A stretch of DNA of 64,000 nucleotides from Eledone cirrhosa (taxonomy: Eukaryota): assembly GCA_964016885.1 (NCBI GenBank), contig OZ024747.1, forward strand, positions 63,550,001-63,614,000, written 5' to 3'. Each line of letters opens with the position of its first letter. The first letter of the stretch is position 1. A program made the translations under genes and the position numbers. Of this stretch, positions 25,623 to 35,795 are shown piece after piece. The notes beneath the pieces were generated by a model. It worked only from the letters and a program-made list of their open reading frames with translations, had not been told where the DNA came from and searched no databases.

Positions 25623-25838
25623 GGGGATTCCTTTCTTTGTTTCTGTGCCTTTCCTTTCTTCTGTCCTACGCCATTTTGTTTCTGTGTGTGTGTTGTGTGC
25701 TCAGTTTGCGCATGCGCCACATCCGGGTGTCTGTGTGTGTTTGTGTTCATTTATCTATTTGTTTATTTATTTAAAAATAAACTCAATATTTATTTAAACA
25801 TAAACTCAATATTTATTTAAACATAAACTCAATATTTA

Positions 25839-26315
25839 TTTAAACATAAACTCAATATTAAGATAGTAGAAAGACCAGGTACCTCCATAAAAACACTTAT
25901 TAGCAAGACATACCCGTTTCAAAGACCCTCATGTATAGATAAGAAATGTATAACCTGTAAAATAAGCCCCCATATTAACTGTAAAACTAGAAACGTAGTG
26001 TATAGCATAAGATGTACTGAAGGACAATGTAGAAACAAAAATATAGTGTACATAGGTGAGACAGCTCGTAGTATAGGGGAACGGATAAATGAACACTGGC
26101 GAGACCTTCAAGATAATAAAGAATCATCTGTACTCTACCAACATGCTAAGATAGAACACAAGGGTAAATTAGAGAACATAGAAATAAAAATAGAATCTAC
26201 ACACAGAAAAGATGCAATGTTTAGACAAATTACAGAGGCAATAAACATAAAAGAATTACAACCAAAATTAAATAGAAAATATGAGTGGAACAGCAACATC
26301 ACAACTTACAATTAA
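25839..26315 (+). pseudogene. C-terminal Cys-rich linker plus GIY-YIG endonuclease of a Penelope-like element (Naiad-like by motif recall)
   Basis: Open frame KLNIKIVERPGTSIKTLISKTYPFQRPSCIDKKCITCKISPHINCKTRNVVYSIRCTEGQCRNKNIVYIGETARSIGERINEH...RQITEAINIKELQPKLNRKYEWN*. The VVY...YIGET..R..EH...E...N signature is intact, with no internal stop. Confidence 0.9.
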
Positions 26316-26380
26316 GGACAAAATGAAAACACACACACACATAGAACAAACAACCAACCAATAACATGTAAAGAATCCCC

Positions 26381-26425
26381 AGTCACTGAAGAGGTCACAG
26401 AGTGTGTGACGAAAGGACTATGACT
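26381..26425 (+). ncRNA. Minimal hammerhead ribozyme in pLTR
   Basis: agtca CTGAAGA g gtcaca-gagtg-tgtgac GAAA ggac TA tgact. Stem III is the quasi-palindrome AGGACT. Confidence 0.8.
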
Positions 26426-26585
26426 ATATATATAAACAACTATCTGGTTGTGGAACCAACCAACCAACCAGAAATTTATAGATTTGTAAATTTGTAAATT
26501 TATAAATTTATAAATATATAATAAATTGAAGTGAAAGCAACTGGTGCGTGTGTTTCTTATTGGCAACATGACCCTCCCAAAGTAT

Positions 26586-26637
<52 letters not shown>

Positions 26638-26929
26638 GTTATCATATACATAAAATTAAATTAAAGATATATATATGTTGCAACTGTTCACTTTTAAGCT
26701 CAATGAAGAATTAATAAATTAAAATCAAAAGATCAGAGCATTATATCATATATATATATATAGGGTACACAGAAACGATAAAAAGCTCATTATATATATA
26801 TATATATCATCATCATTAGACGGGTCACATTTAGAGGTAAGTTGTGCCGGGTCACCATGTCTCACTCATATAGAGGTGTTTGTGGCTGGTTTTCTACGGC
26901 TGGATGCTCTTCCTAAAGCCAACCACATT

Positions 26930-26969
<40 letters not shown>

Positions 26970-26976
<7 letters not shown>

Positions 26977-27378
26977 AGATCAAAAGATGGTTAAAGGAGT
27001 TCCATGTATTTTATTATGCGCATTTCAAAAACAAACATCATCATGCAATAATATTTGTGTTTTCATCAGATAAAACAGGAGAACATGATATGAAGGCTAA
27101 AAAACACTTGTGGATAGTGCAGTTTTAAATCAACATATCCACTGCACTATCCACAAGTGTTTTTTAGCCTTCATATCATGTTCTCCTGTTTTATCTGATG
27201 AAAACACAAATATTATTGCATGATGATGTTTGTTTTTGAAATGCGCATAATAAAATACATGGAACTCCTTTAACCATCTTTTGATCTTATATTATGCATA
27301 CTCCAGTCCTACAAACTGTAGAGTGCTTCTTATCCGATATCTGCATTGCTTTATTGTACTACAATAAAACTCACCTCC

Positions 27379-27381
<3 letters not shown>
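26970..27381. mobile_element. Fold-back (TA)n-flanked element with apparently perfect 154-bp arms and a hammerhead
   Basis: Arms 26970-27123 and 27141-27294 with a 17-nt spacer. The right side extends about 87 nt before (TA)n. Confidence 0.9.
27187..27257 (+). ncRNA. Type I hammerhead ribozyme (mirror copy on minus strand at about 27007-27077)
   Basis: ttttat CTGATGA aaacacaaatattattgcatgatgatgtttgttttt GAAA tgcgca TA ataaaa. Stem II relies on G-U pairs, and stem III contains the palindrome TGCGCA. Confidence 0.9.
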
Positions 27382-27442
<61 letters not shown>

Positions 27443-28559
27443 GACAAGCTTCTTTATCGTTTCTGTGTACCAAATTTATTCACAAGGTTTTGGTCAGCTC
27501 AAGACAATTGTTTAAAGTTCCACATGGTATGACTGAACCTGACACTATATGGTTCCTAAGTAAACATCTTAACCACAAAGCCATGCCTGCATTTATTTTA
27601 TAATTACTTTCTGAAGCATTTTCATCTGTTACCAACTGAAAGTTATATTAGCAGCATCTAGAAGTTTTTTTTTAGTATTTCTTTTACTTTCCTTTTTTAC
27701 TTTTCTTTGTGCAGTGTCAAACACAAAATAATAATCATTGTAATGTCCTTGTCCTTACTGCTATTATTAATTTTATTCTTTCTTTCCTGAGATTATTATG
27801 TGTTTGTATCTAGTGCTATGTCTTGCTACCAAATCTTCATCCTTCCTCCAGGCATATGTCTGTCAAGTGATTCCTATCTTCACTCTTCACTGCTTTCCAT
27901 GACACCAACTTCATTGTCATAAATCTTTTCTTCCCCAACCCTGTCACTTTATTCACTCAGTATACATTTTTATATTCACTTTTTTTTTTCATTCCTGCCG
28001 GAACATATGTATATATTTTCGATTTTCTACTTTTTATTTTTTGTGTTTAGATGCCTTTTTTTAATTTAGTTTTTATGTCAGTCTAAATTATAATATTGTG
28101 AACAATAACATCTTCTTCCTTTCACGCAATCCTGTCAATCACATTCACACATTTGACACTTTGCTTCCTGAAATATCATTTTTAAACTCCATATTTTAAC
28201 TGTGACAGTCTTACAAATGTTCTCTACATTCCCTGCTGTTTTCAATGCCTTCATCAATATTCAATCTTCTGATTAACATTTAGCAAATCATACAGGATTT
28301 TACTTGCTGTGAATAGATTTGTAATCTTGTATAGTCACACTCCAAAATCCATTTGTCATTATTTAACATAGTTTGGGTTGAATGGTTTTATAAATTCAGA
28401 CTTTTGCATATGTTATTGGTTGTAGCAGTTTGTTATACATCATCCACTGAGCTCCAAAGCTGATATGGAAATTATTTTGGTTTAGTTGACAGAAGTAAGT
28501 TAACTGTCTGGTTTTGGAACTAAACTCAAGATCTGTGATACCACTGGAATTCATAGAAG

Positions 28560-29590
28560 TAATTTAGACAAGTGGTTTTGATCAGCATTCATTATTTTTA
28601 CTTTTTATCTTTCCAGAGTCAATAAAGTACCTGTCAAGTATGGGATATTATCAACTTCCTCTCTACTTAAAACTTGCTGCAACTATGGCTAAATAAAAAA
28701 AAACATTATTATTATTATTATTAAGAGGCTCGGATGCCATACTTTGCAGCAAACAGTTATGTCCCTTTATGGTCTGAGTTCAAATCCCTCCGAGATTAAC
28801 TTTGCCTTTCATCCTTACGGGGTCGATAAAATGTAATGTACTGGGATAATTGCTGGCCTTGTGTCAAATATAGAAACAATTATTATTATTATTGTTATTA
28901 TTATTGGTAGTAATAATAATAATAATTGTTTCTATTATTATTGGTATTGGTAGTAGGGTGGTGGATTGGCAGTATCGGTAGAAGGTCGGATGCCTTGCTT
29001 TGAAGCATAGAGTTACGGCCCTTGCCATTCTGAGTTCAAATCCCGCCGAGGTTAACTTTGCCTTTGATCCTTACGGAGTCGATAAAATAAAGTACCAGTA
29101 ATGCACTGGGTTAATTGCTGGCCTTGTGCCAAAAATTAGAAACAATTATTATTATTGGTAGTATCAGTAGAGCATCGGACAACAGCATAATACTATGGCC
29201 CTTTACATTCTGATTTCAAATCCTGTCTAGGTTAGCTTTGCCATTCATCCTTACGGGGTCGAATGGTACACTGGGGTCAATGTAATTGACTTTTCTTCCC
29301 CCAAAATTGTTGGCCTTGTGCATAAATCAGAAACTATTAAGGGCGGTGGATTGGCAGAATCAGTAGAACATTGAACTTAGCTGCATAGAGTTATGGCCCT
29401 TTATGTTCTGAGTTCAAATCTAGCTGAGATTAGCTTTGCCTTTTATTCTTACAGGGTCGGTATCATAAAGTACCAGTATTGCACTGTGGTTGATTTAATT
29501 GCCTTTCCTTCCCCCAAAATTGTTGGGCTTGTGACTAAATCAGAAATCATTTTTATCATGAAAAAAAAAAGTAGAAACAATTATTATTAG
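28560..29590 (+). mobile_element. Head-to-tail cluster of four to five SINE family A copies
   Basis: Copies at about 28725-28885, 28957-29155, 29157-29340 and 29341-29555, plus a decayed one at about 28580-28710, mostly separated by (ATT)n tails. Confidence 0.85.
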
Positions 29591-30289
29591 TTTTATTTTT
29601 ATTGCATGCAAGCCTAGCTCTATGTGTCTTGCATATGTGTAGGGCCTAGTACTGTTTTTTCTTCTTACTATTATTACTTTGATATTATTTAACTGGAAAA
29701 TTTGCCCAAATGAACATCAAGTTGCTATCTGCAGCCTCAGATATTCAGGATGTATTGGAGGGTCCTTGCTTTTCTCAGTAGGCATGCTTTTTGGAATGTT
29801 CCAAAAAAAAAGGGAGATGGGCTAATGTTCTTTAATTAGCCTCAGAAGCTCTTCAAGATAGTACTTAGATCCAGGTACCAATTAGTTTTTTTCCTTCTTG
29901 CACTCTTTTGTCAAAGGGTCAAGCTACATCTATAATAAAGGAAGATCTTTTTTTCCTTTTCAAACACCACTAGGTCAAATACAGTACCAATCATGTACTG
30001 GGGTTGATGTAATCGATTTTCCACCTTCTCCATAAATTGCTTGCTTTGTGCTTAAATAAGAAATCTCTATTATTATTATTGTGGCAATAGATTGTCAGAA
30101 TTGTTATAGTATCAGACAGATGCTTTGCAGTATTTGTTTTGGTTATATACAATCCGAATTTAGAATCTAAGCGAAGTCTGTTTTGCTTTTCATCCTTCTG
30201 GGGTCGATAGATACCAGTAAAATGCTAAGGTTGATTTAATTGATTTTTTCTATTCTTCCCCAAATTGCTGGTTTTGTACCTAAAGAGAT

Positions 30290-30710
30290 AAGTGGTAGTG
30301 CTGGTCCCATGATAAAATGCACCCATGACATTCTGTAAAGTGGTAGGGCTGGTGCCACAATAAAATTCACCAAGTATTCCCTGTAAAATAGTCATGCTGG
30401 TGCCACATTGAAATACAGCCAGTACCTTCTGTAAAGTGGTAGTGCTGGTGCCTGATAAAATGCACCCAGTACACTCTGTAAACTGGTTGGAATTAGGAAG
30501 TGCATCTAGTTGTAGAGACCATGCTGAATATGGAACATATGAACAATACATTGTCTCTCGACTCCTCTAATATAAAGCTGTACCAAACCAGCCAAGCAAT
30601 GCTAACATGGAAAACTTGATGATGATGATCGTGAGTGTGATGATGATGATGGATGATGATGAATTATGGATGATGATGATATGGATGATGATGATGATGA
30701 TGATGATGAT
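30290..30710 (+). repeat. Array of about 45-bp units (gtgctggtgccatgataaaatgcacccagtacactctgtaaagtggt) ending in an RTE-type tail
   Basis: Units are related to the repeated module in the RTE 3' UTR. Similar arrays lie at about 43600-44240, 44450-44900 (reverse) and 53830-54190. Confidence 0.7.
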
Positions 30711-31137
30711 TTGTTTTGATTTTTTTTAATACCTTGATAATTTTAGTTTAAATAAGTCTTCAAGAATCATTCATTCAAACCTATTCACATAAAGCATGAA
30801 TTACAATAAGCTTTTCATAGAAATATATTGAAAGATGAAAAATAATGATGTAGATTGAAGATAAAAAGCTATTTTAGCTAACAAAAATGACACCGTCTTT
30901 TCTTTTTTTTATGCAAATTTAAGCAAAACAATAGAATGTTAAATGAGAATATAGTATTTAATTCTACCTCCAGCAGGTTAGTACAAATGTTTTATGCAGC
31001 ATGAGGAAAAATGGTTTAGAAATCTAATGAAGTGTAACTCAATATAGACAAGGTTCTATATATAACAAAATTGCAGGAGACATTCTTAAAATTAAAATTA
31101 ATAGCTAGTCTTGAGGCTTCTAAGGGTATATGTGTGA

Positions 31138-31174
<37 letters not shown>

Positions 31175-31178
31175 CATT

Positions 31179-31217
<39 letters not shown>

Positions 31218-31218
<1 letters not shown>

Positions 31219-31594
31219 GGTTTGAAGGTTCACCACTAGATGGAGTTGGTCATTCCATATGGTCAATCTTGATGTAATAATATGGAGAGTACTCAACATA
31301 AAGCTGCTTAACTGTCTTTGTGTAGTTTGTGGTCGAGTAGGGAGTTAATTATTATAATAAAATAATAGGAAGCTGGACTTGTGCAAATCCTTGAAAGGTT
31401 TATTATACTATGATCATTTCAATGACCGGATTCCGTATGAATCCGGTGATATCATCAGGTATTCGAAATATAATAAATGAATATATTTCGAATACCTGAT
31501 GATATCACCGGATTCATGCGGAACCCGGTCATTGAAATGATCATAGTATAATAAACCTCTCAAGGATTTACACAAGTTCACCCTCCTGTTATTT

Positions 31595-31600
<6 letters not shown>
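31218..31600. mobile_element. Fold-back (TA)n-flanked element with a hammerhead in each arm
   Basis: Arms at about 31353-31471 and 31482-31600 with several mismatches. The left side extends about 135 nt. Confidence 0.85.
31492..31549 (+). ncRNA. Type I hammerhead ribozyme (mirror copy on minus strand at 31405-31462)
   Basis: atac CTGATGA tatcaccggattc-atgcg-gaacccggtcatt GAAA tgatca TA gtat, with palindromic TGATCA in stem III and aataaa immediately downstream. Confidence 0.88.
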
Positions 31601-31630
<30 letters not shown>

Positions 31631-31634
<4 letters not shown>

Positions 31635-31974
31635 TCATCATTTCATTTCATTTTACGTCCGCTTTTTCCCTGCTTGCAAGGGTGGGACAGAAACTGATTC
31701 TGGCTTGATTTCTACAGCTGGATGCCCTTCCTAACACCAACCTCATTTACAGTGAGTGCTGGGTGGTTTTTTGCCGTGGCACCTCCACGACCACTTTGCA
31801 GTGGAATGATATGGACCCCAGTCCCTATCATCTCATTTCTACAGCTGAGTAAACTGGAGAAATGTGAAATAAAGTGTCTTGCTCAAGGAAACAACACATC
31901 ACCCGGTCTGAGAATTGAACTCACAACCTTTCGATTGCAAGGCCAATGCTCTAACCACTAAGCCATGTGCCTCC
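31631..31974 (-). mobile_element. SINE family B with type 2 RTE tail
   Basis: Same head and body as 19892-20290, but it ends gtcccacccttgcaagcagggaaaaagcggacgtaaaatga. Confidence 0.9.
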
Positions 31975-32976
31975 ATTTTACATATCTCTATATATATTTA
32001 TATATATATTTGTGTGTGTATAAATATATATCTGTACAACCCATGCCAACCTAGAAAATGGATTTAAAATGATGATGATGATTGTTTATGTGTGTGTTAA
32101 TATTTACATCACAATAAGACTTGTGAGAAAATCAGATAATCTTTTACTAAATACTTTTTTCTCCATATGTTTCTAAGTCATATACAGAGATTTTTTCATC
32201 ACTAAAGTAAATTATTGTAAATCTGAATAAACTTAATGATTTCATATAGATTTAAGACGACACAAGAATAAGTCTAGTTATAATTTTAAAAAACTTGCAC
32301 TTAAACTCTCAAATAGTCTTCCACCAAAATTATCATTTTATTTTTCAAACGTACATGTTCTTTGTGAATCTCCAATATGGTTCAATCTTCTTGGAACACT
32401 CTATTCTTAGTGAAAGAATTCATTTTGAAAGACTTCAAAGTGTTTTATTCTTACAGCATATGATATATTCTGATAAGAAAAGGCTGGATTTTGTGTTGGC
32501 TCATTATTTGTTTTCAAACAGCTATAACCAAAAAAAATACTATTATTGGTGTACATGTTAAAAACGTATTCCATGCAAATACAATACATTATTCGTATGT
32601 GTGTTTGTGTGGATGTATATATATATATATACACACACACACATATATATATGTATGGGTGTGTATGTATAATTATATGGTGCATATATATATATATATA
32701 TATACATTATGACAAAAGACCAAGGTTAACAACTTACGTTCGTTCTTTAATTTCTACATTTCTTTCCATTTGGTTACAATTGTACATGGATATGTAAACA
32801 ACTGGAAATAATTAATTATACATAAATCCATACATATGTGTGTGTCATCATCATCATCATCATCATCGTTTAACGTCCATCTTCCATGCTAGCATGGGTT
32901 AGATGGTATATATTGTTAATAAATGAAACAAACAAAACACAGGAGACAATTTTTATACGGTTTATGCTTGGTACAT

Positions 32977-33105
32977 CGTTTTTGTATCTGTTTTGCAAGA
33001 AACTTGATGTGAAATTGTGTGTTGATTCATATATTGTTATACTTTGGAAGTGTCATGCTGCCAATAGAAACACACGTACTAGTTGAGATACCTTCAGTTT
33101 ATTAT
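32977..33105 (-). mobile_element. Diverged family P1 pLTR end
   Basis: tattgttatactttggaagtgtcatgctgccaatagaaacacacg aligns with 25358-25490. Confidence 0.75.
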
Positions 33106-34500
33106 TACTAATAATTCAAAATCCCGCCGAGGTTAACTTTGCCTTTCATCCTTACGGGGTCGATAAAATAAAGTACCAGTAATGCACTGGGTAATTGCTG
33201 GCCTTGTGCCTAAAGTAGAAACAATTATTACTAATAATTCATTAGTTATGTATCTAATCCATTCCCTGGTTAATTTAGTAACCGGATGGTGATTTAATTG
33301 TCATATTTATTTTCTGAATGTCAAACATCTCTTTTCTTTTATCCTGTGACCTTTTTAATGACTCTTTGCGTTCCTCAGTTCCTCTTCTTTATTCTGATCT
33401 TGTTATATTTAATCCATCTTGTCATTGTGTGCTGTGTACGTAGTCTACATATGTGTGCGAGTTTGTGCCTGTTAGTATGTGTGTGTGTGTGTGTCTTTGC
33501 TGTTACTTTGGCAAGCTTCTATGTTTGACATGTGTATGCATGTGAATGTGTTTCTGTGCTTGTATGTATGTCTTTACATTTTATTTCCTCATGAGCATGT
33601 GCTTGTCTATTTTTTTAAAATGTTTACTTGCTCTATCATCTGTCACTTGGTAGTTGTTTAGTTTCTGTATTCTCTGTATATGTGAGGAGGTGATGGGTCA
33701 TGTGTGTTTGTGTATACTTTAATCCTTTTTGAAACTATTATGCTACTATAAGTCACAGCCGATATCTTTCAAATAAATTTGAAACTAATCAAGTATTTGA
33801 AGGAATTTAGTAACCCAAACTAACTTTGTCATTATTAAGATGGTGTTTGGAACATAACAGAGGTTCATATATAGAATTATGATGGAGGGTTTTTAAATAA
33901 TTATAAGCAATTCCAAATAAACAGATTAGTATCATAGATGCAGAAACAGTTTTAGGCAGTTTTGTAAAAGAAGTATTATGTCTGTTCATTCTATTAAACT
34001 CCAAGAGTAACCCCAGTTTCTCAGAATTCTCTTCAGAAGTAATTTATTCCATAGTTCCTTATCTGTTTTACAAAAGGTCAAACAGTTATATCTATTGAAT
34101 ATTGATCTGCTATAAAGGAAGGAAGAAGACACACAACATATCACAAGTGTACTATATGTGCCAAAGCTACTAAATTATATTTAGAACAGAAATAATCCAT
34201 CTATCTGAGAAATATTTGTTTACAAACAATCTTCAACCTTTAAAGGAATAATTTATTTCCCTCTCTTTGCACACCCACTGAATTATTCTGACATTAACAT
34301 TTATATATATATATATATAAGGTTATAGTGTAGTACTTCACTATTTTATTGGCCAGCTGAGATAAGCTCAATGCACTTTACCATCCTCTGTTCTTCAGCA
34401 GTAGAAAGAAACTGAATGAATTAAGGGCAGTTCAGGTAGCCGGGCATTTAAAATTCAAATTTTAAGAAAGCTTTCTTAAAATTTGAATATATATATATAT

Positions 34501-34848
34501 ATCATCATTTTCATCATCATTTCATTTTACGTCCGCTTTTTCCCTGCTTGCAAGGGTGGGACGGGAACTGATTTTGGCTTGATTTCTACAGCTGGATGCC
34601 CTTCCTAACACCAACCTCATTTACAGTGAGTGCTGGGTGCTTTTTTGCCGTGGCACCTCCACGACCACTTTGCAGTGGAATGATATGGACCCCAGTCCCT
34701 ATCATCTCATTTCTACAGCTGAGTAAACTGGAGCAATGTGAAATAAAGTGTCTTGCTCAAGGAAACAACACATCACCCAGTCTGAGAATTGAACTCACAA
34801 CCTTTCGATTGCAAGGCCAATGCTCTAACCACTAAGCCATGTGCCTCC
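34501..34848 (-). mobile_element. SINE family B with type 2 RTE tail
   Basis: Nearly identical to 31631-31974. Confidence 0.9.
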
Positions 34849-35757
34849 ATATATATATAGAAATATATATATGTATAGTAAAATATTGGGGAATGTAAAA
34901 AAGGAAAAAGGAAAAGAGTGCTCAATCATGTAGGAGAGTTGATATATTATTTATTTATGTTTATACACATAAAGAAGTGTTTAACATGCTATATTTTTAA
35001 TGGTATTTTCAAACTCATCCAAGCACTTGACGTCTAGGTCACAAATCTGATCGCCCTTACAATCTGGGGAGATGGTCAAAATTGGGCCTTGAAACCTTGG
35101 GAAGTGCTTTTGTGTTATGTAATGGCAAATCATCCCTGAATGTTGCAGAAATATCAATTTGGGGAGGGTTTGCCATTACAATAACACCAATCTGGCATGA
35201 CATCCCCAAATCAAATTGGTCCTTTATTTTTTATTTTCTGTTTGTTTTCACCATAACACTGTTATCGTATCAAACTAATTCTGCAATTAACACCTGATGA
35301 AATAGTCTATGTCTTGTATCATGATCGGAGGACAAAACTGGGCCACCAAAATCAAAATTTTATAGAATGTTTCCAGACCAGCCTTCTGGGATCTTTTTTT
35401 TTATCTATTCTTAATTCCATACCTGCACTAGCCAGGGGTAATCACATCTATGATAGATGATTTACATCATTGTTTACTAACTAGAACCACCAGTTCTACC
35501 AATTAGTAAACAACCTATTATAAGTGGATCCATATGTATATATAAAGTGGTGTGCTCATGCATTGAGATGCTATAAAATAGCTAATAAAATAGATCAAAG
35601 CCCCTGAAGACGGAAAAGAAGTTGCCATCAGCTGCTACGAGGAATTGAGTCTCCGTATCAGCCAGATGCTGGCTATATATTTATATGTATATATGTGTGT
35701 GTATATCCATGCAGTTCACATGCCATATTTATATAGGTATAAATATGCATATACATG

Positions 35758-35789
<32 letters not shown>

Positions 35790-35795
<6 letters not shown>

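Larger units (their letters stand above)
25358..26591 (+). mobile_element. 5'-truncated Penelope-like retroelement (family P1) with inverted pseudo-LTR, inserted in (TA)n
   Basis: A GIY-YIG ORF fragment is followed by a hammerhead-containing pLTR (about 26374-26591), and an inverted pLTR copy occupies 25358-25760. Confidence 0.9.

Noticed and set aside
26316-26591. SECIS element or selenocysteine recoding as in some Naiad PLEs
   Set aside because: No in-frame TGA in the visible ORF and no convincing AUGA/AA/GA hairpin. It cannot be excluded for the missing part.
34320-34488. TA-flanked segment with minus-strand ctgaaga and a 36-bp perfect palindrome (34453-34488)
   Set aside because: No GAAA core or stem I could be assigned, and the palindrome is AT-rich and short. 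Too degenerate to call.
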